Source: a virus (Duplodnaviria > Heunggongvirae > Uroviricota > Caudoviricetes). From it: a stretch of DNA of 14,244 nucleotides. The position numbers and the translations under genes are program-made. The notes below the pieces were generated by a model. That model was not told the origin of the DNA, did no database searches, and saw nothing but the letters and a program-made list of their open reading frames with translations. The stretch is taken from IMG/VR virus record IMGVR_UViG_3300029080_000085; one strand, written 5' to 3'. Positions 7,254-14,244 of the stretch are shown here, piece after piece (position 1 is the first letter of the stretch; each line of letters starts with the position of its first letter).

Positions 7254-7813
7254 GCGTTAGTTTCTCCACAGTCACGACACGCCACGGCGCCCGGAGCTGC
7301 ACACTCGCGGGCGTCATTACTTTCTGAAATGCAAAAAATTTTGTAGACCAGTGCTGCATGCTCCTGCAGCTTCGAAATTGAGAGGTACAACTCGTCGTTA
7401 ATTGCTGTCTTCTCATGCGGTTCCACTACACCGTCTTCAATTGCTGAACGAATCTGTTTTGAATAACTGCCGATCTGTTCAATGACCTCCAGCAGGCGTT
7501 GGTTGATATCGGCGTTGTCCACATCCTCGACGTCAGGAAGAGACACAAAGACGCCATTTGCAGACTGCGCCACAGCATCAGCAATGAAGTGAGTGCCACC
7601 AGCACGCTGTAAAACCATTGCCCATCCCAGCGGGAAAATCTGATCGCCATCTGCACGAAGGCGGTTGAATAAAGCGTTTTCTGTTACATCGAGCCAGTCA
7701 GCCGCTTCAGCGTAACCACCCGGCAACGCCGCGATAGTTTTTCTGACAGCTTTCACGTACCACTCAGGCTGTTTTTCTATTTTCCAGTGATGCTTACCCA
7801 CGATTAGCCTCAT
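7250..7813 (-). CDS. CII-like regulatory protein (YdaT / phage 186 CII-like family)
   Basis: 187-aa ORF directly downstream of the cro-like gene; central region (LFNRLRADGDQIFPLGWAMVLQRAGGTHFIADAVAQ) resembles 186-CII-type regulators as recalled. C-terminal tail may be extended by rearrangement. Confidence 0.5.
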   Translation of the reverse strand: MRLIVGKHHWKIEKQPEWYVKAVRKTIAALPGGYAEAADWLDVTENALFNRLRADGDQIFPLGWAMVLQRAGGTHFIADAVAQSANGVFVSLPDVEDVDNADINQRLLEVIEQIGSYSKQIRSAIEDGVVEPHEKTAINDELYLSISKLQEHAALVYKIFCISESNDARECAAPGAVACRDCGETNA

Positions 7814-7844
7814 CGTTCTGTGGTTAAAAATTGAAAGTGTTCTG

Positions 7845-8045
7845 CTAATCTTTCGGATAGATATCCGGTCTTAAGTCAGATTTCGTAATTGCACCTGACG
7901 TGCATTGCTCAAGTTTTTTAGCCAGCACAAAACTGGCTTTTTTATAGCCATTGAAAACCAGCCGTAAGTAGCCAGGTGTTGAGCCAACTTTTCCGGCCAA
8001 CTCGCCCTGCTGTTCTTTGGTTAAAGAGTCCCAATACGCTTTCAT
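7845..8045 (-). CDS. Cro-like HTH regulator (YdaS family)
   Basis: 66-aa ORF MKAYWDSLTKEQQGELAGKVGSTPGYLRLVFNGYKKASFVLAKKLEQCTSGAITKSDLRPDIYPKD with the LRPDI motif; SD GGAGGT 9 nt upstream; divergent from the cI-like gene. Confidence 0.7.
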   Translation of the reverse strand: MKAYWDSLTKEQQGELAGKVGSTPGYLRLVFNGYKKASFVLAKKLEQCTSGAITKSDLRPDIYPKD

Positions 8046-8135
8046 ACAATATGTACCTCCGGTGTACATATTACATGATTGAAATGAACCTTCAAGATAC
8101 TTGTACCTTAACGGTACAAGGGTTTTAATTTCGTT
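8046..8135. promoter_or_regulatory. Divergent immunity control region (OR-like): two perfect operators TGTAC-N7-GTACA plus candidate pR and pRM
   Basis: Operators at 8052-8068 (TGTACCTCCGGTGTACA) and 8102-8118 (TGTACCTTAACGGTACA). Candidate pR on minus strand: TTGAAG (8095-8090), 16 nt, TAATAT (8073-8068). Candidate pRM on plus strand: TTGTAC (8101-8106), 17 nt, TTTAAT (8124-8129), placing the start near the cI ATG. Confidence 0.5.
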
Positions 8136-8810
8136 ATGAAAACAATCCATGACATCCGGCGGTCTAACGCCAGAAAACTGAGAGATGGTGTTGGCGGGAA
8201 TTCTTCCTTTGCCACTATGATTGATCGCGAGCCAACCCAGACCAGCAGGTTTATGGGAGATGGTGCTACTAAAAATATCGGTGACAGCATGGCACGACAC
8301 ATCGAAAAATGTTTCGACCTGCCTGTCGGATGGCTCGATCAAGAACACCAGACAACGAACATCACAAAAAAACCTGATGTTTCAATCACTAATAAACAAA
8401 TCACATTAGTCCCTGTCATATCATGGGTACAGGCCGGAGCATGGAAAGAAGTTGGATATTCTGAGGTTGATTTGAGCACAGCAGAAACGTATCCCTGCCC
8501 TGTACCCTGTGGGGAAATGACTTATATCTTGCGGGTGATAGGTGATTCAATGATTGATGAGTACCGCCCGGGAGACATGATTTTTGTCGATCCTGAAGTA
8601 CCTGCCTGCCACGGTGACGACGTTATTGCATTGATGCACGATACAGGTGAAACCACCTTCAAAAGGTTGATAGAAGATGGGACACAGCGTTATCTCAAAG
8701 CGTTAAACCCAAACTGGCCTGAGCCTTACATTAAGATCAACGGTAATTGCTCTATAATTGGTACAGTGATTTTCTCAGGAAAACCAAGAAGATACAAAAT
8801 CAAAGCCTAA
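8136..8810 (+). CDS. cI: CI-like prophage repressor with C-terminal LexA-type S24 peptidase domain
   Basis: 224-aa ORF; C-terminal S24 signature (VIGDSMIDEYRPGDMIFVD ... FKRL) with Ser/Lys dyad context and candidate cleavage site QAG-AW; N-terminal DNA-binding region; no SD upstream. Confidence 0.85.
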   Translation: MKTIHDIRRSNARKLRDGVGGNSSFATMIDREPTQTSRFMGDGATKNIGDSMARHIEKCFDLPVGWLDQEHQTTNITKKPDVSITNKQITLVPVISWVQAGAWKEVGYSEVDLSTAETYPCPVPCGEMTYILRVIGDSMIDEYRPGDMIFVDPEVPACHGDDVIALMHDTGETTFKRLIEDGTQRYLKALNPNWPEPYIKINGNCSIIGTVIFSGKPRRYKIKA

Positions 8811-8822
8811 TCAATGTTTATG

Positions 8823-8846
8823 AACCTGCTTCGGCAGGTTTTTTTA
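8823..8846 (+). terminator. Intrinsic terminator after cI
   Basis: ACCTGC-TTCG-GCAGGT hairpin followed by TTTTTTT. Confidence 0.6.
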
Positions 8847-8849
8847 TAC

Positions 8850-8893
8850 TTGACAATGTACCTTTGAGATACATAATGTACCCAAGCGAAACA
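8850..8893 (+). promoter_or_regulatory. pL-like promoter with overlapping operator half-sites (OL-like)
   Basis: TTGACA (8850-8855), 16-nt spacer, CATAAT (8872-8877); operator-like TGTACCTTTGAGATACA (8857-8873) inside the spacer and a weaker TGTAC-N7-AAACA at 8877-8893. Confidence 0.5.
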
Positions 8894-8966
8894 ACGAACA
8901 GGCAGGACGCCCACGAAGTAGCCGCCTGGGGCATATGAAGTCCAGGATGATTCGTTAGCAACAAAA

Positions 8967-9000
8967 AAGCGCCCTACAGGACGCTTAGCTCTTTAACAAT
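8967..9000 (+). promoter_or_regulatory. nut-like antitermination element: hairpin plus boxA-like sequence in the pL leader
   Basis: GCTCTTTAACAAT (8988-9000) matches the rrn-type boxA core (TGCTCTTTAACAAT as recalled); preceded by hairpin AAGCG-N10-CGCTT (8967-8986). Confidence 0.45.
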
Positions 9001-9044
9001 CTGGTCCCCATCAACAAGTAACTGATAACTTGAGGAGATGTGAA

Positions 9045-9251
9045 ATGCACAAAACAGAACCCAAAATCGTCGCGCCTGGCTACACAGATGAGGAAATTTA
9101 TGAGTGGATGACAAAGAAGCTGGCAGCTATAAACCAGCTTCGTGAAGTGCTGTCTTATCGACAGGAAACAATAGACTCCTTAAAAAAACTGGATCAGGAA
9201 ATCACGGTTTTATCACAGGATGTTACTTTAGATATTGTGCAGACAAATTAG
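9045..9251 (+). CDS. Hypothetical 68-aa acidic protein, first ORF of the pL-like transcript (not N-like)
   Basis: SD GAGGAG 6 nt upstream of ATG 9045; predicted helical/coiled segment (LAAINQLREVLSYRQETIDSLKKLDQEITVL); lacks an arginine-rich motif. Confidence 0.45.
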   Translation: MHKTEPKIVAPGYTDEEIYEWMTKKLAAINQLREVLSYRQETIDSLKKLDQEITVLSQDVTLDIVQTN

Positions 9252-9657
9252 GATCCCATTCATTTTCGTCAAAATCATCAAAGTGATGAATTTGTGATCT
9301 CCAGTCTCGATAATCTAAAAATTTCTGGGCGGTTACGCTTATTTTATCAAGTGTGAGTTCATCCTGAATTGAAAGAAGAAGTTCATCAAATTTCATCTCA
9401 TTAATCTGTTTTGGCATCCAGTGATGCTTCATCAGAATAAGGTGAACCAGAGCCTTTTTCCCATTCAACTGATTATAGGGAGTGCCGAATTTCTTCCGGT
9501 GCTCATGTAAGACAAGGTCCAAAAGAGTAAGTAATGTTGCCCTTGATTCAACTTTGCTTATTTCGACTGATGACACTACCCCACTGATTTCAATGCCCCG
9601 ATACTTTCCAACATTTTCACAGTGGGATTTGTACAGCGTATAGATATTACCGGACAT
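9223..9657 (-). CDS. Hypothetical 144-aa protein; AT-rich accessory gene antisense to the pL operon
   Basis: SD AAGGA 7 nt upstream of ATG 9657; visibly AT-rich; His-rich segments (LVLHEHRKK, MKHHWMP, RDWRSQIHH); 3' end overlaps the convergent 68-aa ORF by 29 bp. No family recognised. Confidence 0.6.
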   Translation of the reverse strand: MSGNIYTLYKSHCENVGKYRGIEISGVVSSVEISKVESRATLLTLLDLVLHEHRKKFGTPYNQLNGKKALVHLILMKHHWMPKQINEMKFDELLLSIQDELTLDKISVTAQKFLDYRDWRSQIHHFDDFDENEWDPNLSAQYLK

Positions 9658-9672
9658 TTCTTTTCCTTTTGC

Positions 9673-9721
9673 GTTGTTGGGGATAACCAGATTAACCGAA
9701 TCCTTGTTGTTGGGGAATAAC
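9673..9721. repeat. Two direct repeats GTTGTTGGGGA(A)TAAC upstream of the 144-aa gene
   Basis: Copies at 9673-9687 and 9706-9721, 33 bp apart start to start; on the minus strand they read GTTAT(T)CCCCAACAAC, resembling a DnaA-box-like TTATCCCCA. Confidence 0.4.
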
Positions 9722-9943
9722 TAGGTCCACCTCGCCTGATGTGGCTAAAAGCAGGCACATAACAGCTAAGTATTTTCAACCAGAGAGAATCCTTAGCGTT
9801 GTGGTGAATGCGGCTCAGCGCACGCGGGTTAAGGTTGAGGCTGACAGTCGACCTTCTGTGGATACCCACCCGCCTGGTGTGCAACCTTCGCCAGGCACCG
9901 GGAGGCACCCGGCACCACAACTTTATGCTGTGTGTAGTCTTGG

Positions 9944-9988
9944 CGGTACCAGCTTGTACCCTTGCTTCCGGCTGGTACCGTCCTTTTT
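9944..9988 (+). terminator. Strong hairpin with U-tract inside the GC-rich block (candidate tL-type terminator)
   Basis: Perfect 10-bp stem CGGTACCAGC / GCTGGTACCG (9944-9953 / 9971-9980), 17-nt loop, followed by TCCTTTTTA. Confidence 0.45.
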
Positions 9989-10201
9989 ACAAAACAGAGA
10001 AGAGCATCACCGGACGACGGGCTCATAACCCAATCCATCCGGGCGGCTGCCACCGCAGGTGTTCTTCTCTGTTTTGTGGAGAAACTAACCGCCCCTACGG
10101 GGGCATTTATGGAAATGTAATTGACTCAATAATCGCCGGACGGTGAGGGCTTCCTTTTACCGGAATTCAGCGCGGTGCAGCGCATATACGTGGAGAACAA
10201 A

Positions 10202-10738
10202 ATGTCATTTATTAAAACTTTTTCCGGGAAGCATTTTTATTATGACAGGATAAATAAAGACGACATCGTTATTAACGATATCGCGGTTTCCCTTTCAAAT
10301 ATCTGTCGCTTTGCAGGACATCTTTCACACTTCTACAGTGTCGCCCAACATGCGGTGCTTTGCAGCCAGCTGGTGCCGCAGGAATTTGCTTTTGAAGCTT
10401 TAATGCATGATGCAACAGAAGCATATTGCCAGGACATCCCCGCACCACTGAAACGACTTCTTCCTGACTATAAACGGATGGAAGAAAAAATAGACGCCGT
10501 AATCCGTGAGAAATACGGGTTACCTCCTGTTATGAGCACGCCAGTGAAATATGCCGATCTCATTATGCTGGCAACCGAACGCCGCGATCTCGGGCTTGAT
10601 GATGGCTCTTTCTGGCCTGTGCTGGAAGGTATCCCGGCAACAGAGATGTTCAACGTGATTCCACTGGCTCCAGGCCATGCCTACGGGATGTTTATGGAAC
10701 GCTTTAACGAATTATCGGAGTTACGCAAATGCGCATGA
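10202..10738 (+). CDS. HD-domain phosphohydrolase (YfdR-like)
   Basis: HD-type metal-binding motifs (RFAGHLSHFYSVAQHA ... LMHDATEAY...D); SD GGAG upstream of ATG 10202; first gene of a coupled operon ending in xis-int. Confidence 0.8.
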   Translation: MSFIKTFSGKHFYYDRINKDDIVINDIAVSLSNICRFAGHLSHFYSVAQHAVLCSQLVPQEFAFEALMHDATEAYCQDIPAPLKRLLPDYKRMEEKIDAVIREKYGLPPVMSTPVKYADLIMLATERRDLGLDDGSFWPVLEGIPATEMFNVIPLAPGHAYGMFMERFNELSELRKCA

Positions 10739-11091
10739 ATGTTTTCGAAATGGAAGGGTTTCTTCGTGGGAGATGTGTACCGCGAGATCTGAAAGTGAAT
10801 GAAACGGATGCTGAATACCTGGTGCGTAAATTCGATGCGCTTGAAGCTAAATGTGCAGCACAGGAAAACAAAGTAATACCAGTGTCAACTGAACTGCCAC
10901 CAGCAAATGAAAGTGTTTTGTTATTCGATGCTAACGGAGAAGGCTGGCTAATTGGCTGGCGTTCTCTCTGGTACACCTGGGGACAAAAAGAAACCGGAGA
11001 ATGGCAGTGGACATTTCAGGTCGGGGACCTTGAAAACGTCAATATCACTCACTGGGCAGTAATGCCAAAAGCACCGGAGGCTGGAGCATAA
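10729..11091 (+). CDS. Phage ea-region protein with DUF551-like C-terminus
   Basis: Trp-rich C-terminal region ending ITHWAVMPKAPE, typical of DUF551 as recalled; start overlaps upstream stop. Confidence 0.55.
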   Translation: MRMNVFEMEGFLRGRCVPRDLKVNETDAEYLVRKFDALEAKCAAQENKVIPVSTELPPANESVLLFDANGEGWLIGWRSLWYTWGQKETGEWQWTFQVGDLENVNITHWAVMPKAPEAGA

Positions 11092-11396
11092 TGACCACTT
11101 TTACCGACAAAGAACTGATTAAAGAAATTAAAGAGCGTATCAGCAGCCTTGACGTGCGAGACGATATTGAGCGCCGTGCTTATGAAATCGCACTCCTATC
11201 TCTGGAAGTAGAACCAGATGAACGCGAAGCTTATGAATTATTCATGGAAAAGCGTTTCGGTGACTTAGTAGATCGTCGGAGAGCAAAAAACGGCGATAAC
11301 GAATACATGGCATGGGATATGACTCTCGGTTGGATCGTCTGGCAGCAACGAGCTGGTATCCATTTTTCAACAATGTCACAACAAGAGGTGAAATAA
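11091..11396 (+). CDS. Hypothetical phage ea-region protein (101 aa)
   Basis: ORF translationally coupled to both neighbours (TAATG overlaps). Confidence 0.5.
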   Translation: MTTFTDKELIKEIKERISSLDVRDDIERRAYEIALLSLEVEPDEREAYELFMEKRFGDLVDRRRAKNGDNEYMAWDMTLGWIVWQQRAGIHFSTMSQQEVK

Positions 11397-11746
11397 TGGA
11401 GCCATACAGCCTCACACTCGATGAGGCCTGTCATTTTCTCAAGATATCCAGACCGACTGCCATTAACTGGATACGCACAGGGCGTCTTCAGGCAACACGC
11501 AAAGATCCCACTAAGAATAAATCTCCTTACCTCACAACACGACAAGCCTGCATTGCGGCTCTTCAGTCTCCGCTGCATACTGTCCAGGTGAGCGCGGGTG
11601 ATGGCATAACAGAGGAAAGAAAATGTCACTCTTCCGCAGAGGTGAAATATGGTACGCCAGTTTCACATTGCCGAACGGTAAAAGATTTAAACAGTCTCTT
11701 GGAACAAAGGACAAAAGGCAGGCGACAGAACTCCATGACAAGCTAA
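11396..11746 (+). CDS. xis: Excisionase (P22-type Xis)
   Basis: 116-aa [43 protein letters not shown]..., winged-helix Xis-like; SD AAGAGGTGA; 3' end overlaps the int start, as in lambda/P22. Confidence 0.75.
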   Translation: MEPYSLTLDEACHFLKISRPTAINWIRTGRLQATRKDPTKNKSPYLTTRQACIAALQSPLHTVQVSAGDGITEERKCHSSAEVKYGTPVSHCRTVKDLNSLLEQRTKGRRQNSMTS

Positions 11747-12786
11747 AGGCTGAAGCATGGCGGGTCAGCAAACTTGGTGAAATACCTGATATAACGTTCG
11801 AGGAAGCTTGTGTCAGGTGGCTTGAAGAGAAAGCACATAAAAAATCACTGGACGATGACAAAAGCCGGATCGGATTCTGGCTTCAACATTTCGCAGGAAT
11901 GCAACTAAGAGACATTACTGAATCAAAAATTTATTCAGCAATGCAGAAAATGACGAACCGGCGTCATGAGGAAAACTGGAAACTCAGGGCAGAAGCATGC
12001 AGAAAAAAAGGGAAACCTGTTCCAGAATACACGCCAAAACCAGCGTCCGTTGCAACGAAGGCTACGCATCTTTCATTTATAAAGGCCCTACTAAGAGCCG
12101 CAGAGCGTGAATGGAAAATGCTGGATAAGGCACCAATTATTAAAGTGCCTCAACCAAAGAATAAACGGATCCGCTGGCTGGAGCCCCATGAAGCACAAAG
12201 GCTGATTGATGAATGTCCGGAGCCATTAAAGTCTGTTGTTGAATTTGCACTGGCAACAGGCTTAAGACGCTCGAACATCATCAACCTTGAATGGCAACAA
12301 ATAGATATGCAGCGCCGGGTGGCATGGATAAACCCGGAAGAGAGTAAATCAAACCGCGCAATTGGCGTTGCGCTGAATGATACTGCATGTCGCGTATTGA
12401 AAAAACAAATCGGGAATCATCACCGTTGGGTATTTGTGTACAAGGAAAGCTGTACCAAACCAGACGGAACGAAAGCGCCAACAGTAAGGAAGATGCGGTA
12501 TGACGCAAACACAGCCTGGAAAGCGGCGCTGAGACGGGCTGGTATTGATGATTTCAGATTTCACGACTTGAGACACACCTGGGCAAGTTGGCTGGTTCAA
12601 GCCGGAGTCCCGTTGTCAGTGTTACAGGAAATGGGAGGCTGGGAGTCTATCGAAATGGTTCGTCGATATGCTCACCTTGCACCTAATCACCTTACCGAAC
12701 ACGCACGGCAAATAGACTCGATCCTGAACCCATCGGTCCCAAATTTGTCCCAGTCAAAAAATAAGGAAGGTACTAATGATGTGTAA
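11623..12786 (+). CDS. int: Tyrosine integrase (P22 Int-like) targeting tRNA-Thr
   Basis: 387-aa ORF beginning [48 protein letters not shown]; catalytic region [39 protein letters not shown] (R...HxxR...Y); ends 14 nt from the tRNA. Confidence 0.9.
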   Translation: MSLFRRGEIWYASFTLPNGKRFKQSLGTKDKRQATELHDKLKAEAWRVSKLGEIPDITFEEACVRWLEEKAHKKSLDDDKSRIGFWLQHFAGMQLRDITESKIYSAMQKMTNRRHEENWKLRAEACRKKGKPVPEYTPKPASVATKATHLSFIKALLRAAEREWKMLDKAPIIKVPQPKNKRIRWLEPHEAQRLIDECPEPLKSVVEFALATGLRRSNIINLEWQQIDMQRRVAWINPEESKSNRAIGVALNDTACRVLKKQIGNHHRWVFVYKESCTKPDGTKAPTVRKMRYDANTAWKAALRRAGIDDFRFHDLRHTWASWLVQAGVPLSVLQEMGGWESIEMVRRYAHLAPNHLTEHARQIDSILNPSVPNLSQSKNKEGTNDV

Positions 12787-12800
12787 CTTATTGATTTTAA

Positions 12801-12876
12801 TGGTGCCGATAATAGGAGTCGAACCTACGACCTTCGCATTACGAATGCGCTGCTCTACCAACTGAGCTATATCGGC
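12801..12876 (-). tRNA. thrW: tRNA-Thr (anticodon CGU), thrW-type; prophage attachment site
   Basis: Reverse complement is GCCGATATAGCTCAGTTGGTAGAGCAGCGCATTCGTAATGCGAAGGTCGTAGGTTCGACTCCTATTATCGGCACCA: cloverleaf-compatible, anticodon loop ATTCGTAAT, encoded CCA end. Confidence 0.9.
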
Positions 12877-12990
12877 CCTGAAAGGACATGTTCACGAACG
12901 TGAATCACGGTGGACAAGGTTAAAACTAACCGGGCGATGCGTCAATGGCCTTGTGAATCAAATGGCTACTTTTGCATCACCCGGTTTTAT

Positions 12991-14244
12991 TTACGCACGA
13001 ATGGTGTAATCACCAATACCGATCCACTTGTAAGTGGTCAGTGCTTCCAGCCCCATTGGGCCACGCGCGTGGAGTTTTTGTGTGCTTACCGCCACTTCCG
13101 CACCTAGTCCAAACTGGCCGCCGTCGGTAAAACGCGTAGAGGCGTTAACGTAAACAGCGGACGAATCCACTTCGTTAACAAAACGCTGGGCGTTGCGCAT
13201 ATCGCGGGTCAGGATCGCATCGGAGTGTTGTGTGCCGTGTTCACGAATATGGGCGATGGCATCGTCAAGATCACTGACGATTTTGACGTTCAAATCTAAT
13301 GACAGAAACTCATCGTCATACTCTTCCGCTTTAACAGCCACCACCTTCGCGGGGCCTGTCTGCAACTGCGCCAGCGCAGCTGCATCTGCGTGTAATGCCA
13401 CGCCGCTTTCCTCCATTTGTTTGCTTAATGCGGGCAGGAAGCTATCGGCGATGTTTTTATTCACCAGCAACGTTTCTACCGTATTACATGTGCTCGGACG
13501 CTGAGTTTTCGCGTTGACGATCACTTTTAATGCTTCAGCAATCTCTACACTTTCATCAACATAAATATGGCATACGCCTATACCACCTGTGATCACCGGG
13601 ATCGTCGACTGTTCGCGGCACAGTTTATGCAAACCAGCGCCACCACGCGGGATCAGCATGTCGATGTATTTATCCATACGCAGCATTTCACTGACCAGCG
13701 CACGGTCAGGATTATCAATCGCCTGCACGGCACCCACCGGTAAGCCACAGGATTTCAGGGCGTCCTGAATCACCGCCACCGTTGCCGCGTTAGTGCGACA
13801 GGTTTCTTTACCGCCACGCAGAATCACTGCGTTACCGGTTTTCAGGCACAGCGAAGCGACATCAACCGTCACGTTCGGGCGCGCTTCATAAATCACGCCA
13901 ATAACCCCCAGCGGTACGCGACGACGCTCAAGACGCAGGCCGCTGTCCAGTACGCTGCCATCGATTACCTGCCCCACCGGATCGGCGAGGTTACACACCT
14001 GGCGCACATCATCGGCAATGCCTTTCAGCCGTGCGGGCGTCAGTGCCAGACGGTCAAGCATCGCTTCGCCAAGGCCATTGGCACGCGCGTCAGCAACATC
14101 CTGGGCGTTAGCGTTGAGGATGATTTCGCTTTGTGCTTCCAGTTCATCGGCGATTTTTTCCAGCACGCGATTTTTTTCGCGGCTGGAGAGTTGCGCTAAT
14201 TTATACGAGGCTTGCTTCGCGGCAATGCCCATTTGTTCCAGCAT
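12991..14244 (-). CDS. proA: Gamma-glutamyl phosphate reductase (ProA), complete, start codon at the window edge
   Basis: 417-aa [41 protein letters not shown] ... [20 protein letters not shown], matching enterobacterial ProA as recalled; proA-thrW adjacency is the classical E. coli arrangement. Confidence 0.95.
   Translation of the reverse strand: MLEQMGIAAKQASYKLAQLSSREKNRVLEKIADELEAQSEIILNANAQDVADARANGLGEAMLDRLALTPARLKGIADDVRQVCNLADPVGQVIDGSVLDSGLRLERRRVPLGVIGVIYEARPNVTVDVASLCLKTGNAVILRGGKETCRTNAATVAVIQDALKSCGLPVGAVQAIDNPDRALVSEMLRMDKYIDMLIPRGGAGLHKLCREQSTIPVITGGIGVCHIYVDESVEIAEALKVIVNAKTQRPSTCNTVETLLVNKNIADSFLPALSKQMEESGVALHADAAALAQLQTGPAKVVAVKAEEYDDEFLSLDLNVKIVSDLDDAIAHIREHGTQHSDAILTRDMRNAQRFVNEVDSSAVYVNASTRFTDGGQFGLGAEVAVSTQKLHARGPMGLEALTTYKWIGIGDYTIRA

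Larger units (their letters stand above)
1..12876. mobile_element. Lambdoid prophage (P22-type integrase, lambda-type Q, phage-21/Qin-type lysis genes) integrated at tRNA-Thr; the window holds the int-proximal end and the prophage continues beyond position 1
   Basis: Integrase and excisionase abut the tRNA 3' end; canonical order int-xis-ea genes / pL / cI / cro-cII-like / rusA / Q / lysis genes, with colinear strand logic. Left boundary not in window. Confidence 0.8.

Noticed and set aside
7041-7656. Minus-strand ORFs 7041-7253 (downstream part), 7189-7416 and 7426-7656 as independent genes
   Set aside because: Arg/Gly-rich or Cys-rich junk translations overlapping better-supported genes; only the first ~15 codons from ATG 7253 look meaningful and are treated as part of the frameshifted LexA-like remnant.
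9741-10146. Arg-rich ORF 9808-10146 (and 9741-10028, 9829-10053, 9576-9920) as a possible N-like antiterminator or other gene
   Set aside because: No RBS, translation dominated by Arg/Pro/Gly as expected from reading GC-rich non-coding DNA, and no arginine-rich-motif-like N-terminus; the region is better explained as structured non-coding sequence.
9673-10175. Retron msr/msd or type III toxin-antitoxin RNA repeats
   Set aside because: There is no reverse transcriptase gene nearby, and the two direct repeats are short and not tandem full-length units as in ToxI-type antitoxins; kept only as unexplained repeats and hairpins.
12891-12904. Perfect palindrome TTCACG-AA-CGTGAA just upstream of the tRNA
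   Set aside because: It lies in the native proA-thrW intergenic region and is most likely part of the host tRNA promoter/leader or a proA terminator element, not prophage-associated.
12910-13504. Plus-strand ORFs 12910-13107 and 13193-13504
   Set aside because: Antisense to the intact proA gene; Ser/Cys-rich junk translations.
1-14244. CRISPR array, insertion sequence or transposase
   Set aside because: No regularly spaced direct repeats with unique spacers, no terminal inverted repeats flanking a transposase-like ORF, and no DDE/HUH motifs in any frame.

Overview
This window is a host-prophage junction. The right end (12.8-14.2 kb) is chromosomal: a complete proA gene (gamma-glutamyl phosphate reductase, minus strand) and a tRNA-Thr(CGU) gene (thrW-type, minus strand). 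Directly next to the tRNA 3' end is a P22-type tyrosine integrase with an overlapping excisionase, so roughly 1-12,800 is one end of a lambdoid prophage integrated at thrW. Reading from the integrase leftwards: a translationally coupled ea-type operon (HD-domain phosphohydrolase, DUF551 protein, hypothetical, xis, int); a GC-rich ORF-free block dense in hairpins; an AT-rich convergent gene pair; a pL-like promoter and leader with a boxA-like sequence; a CI-like S24 repressor; divergent operators of form TGTAC-N7-GTACA; a Cro-like (YdaS-family) gene and a CII-like (YdaT/186-CII-like) gene; a short frameshifted LexA-like remnant where replication genes would be expected; RusA; a KilA-N/antirepressor-like protein; a DUF968 protein; a lambda-type Q antiterminator; then a moron block (AT-rich 176-aa ORF with its own terminator, a small putative winged-helix protein, an orphan beta-class DNA methyltransferase with terminator); and a phage-21/Qin-like lysis cassette (dual-start pinholin, YdfR-like ORF, SAR endolysin, short Rz-like ORF) carrying an extra antisense small ORF. 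No CRISPR array, rRNA or IS element was seen. The best candidates for undescribed accessory or defence functions are the AT-rich 144-aa antisense gene beside the immunity region, the AT-rich 176-aa moron downstream of Q, and the antisense 91-aa ORF inside the lysis cassette. All functional assignments rest on motif and synteny recall without database searches.
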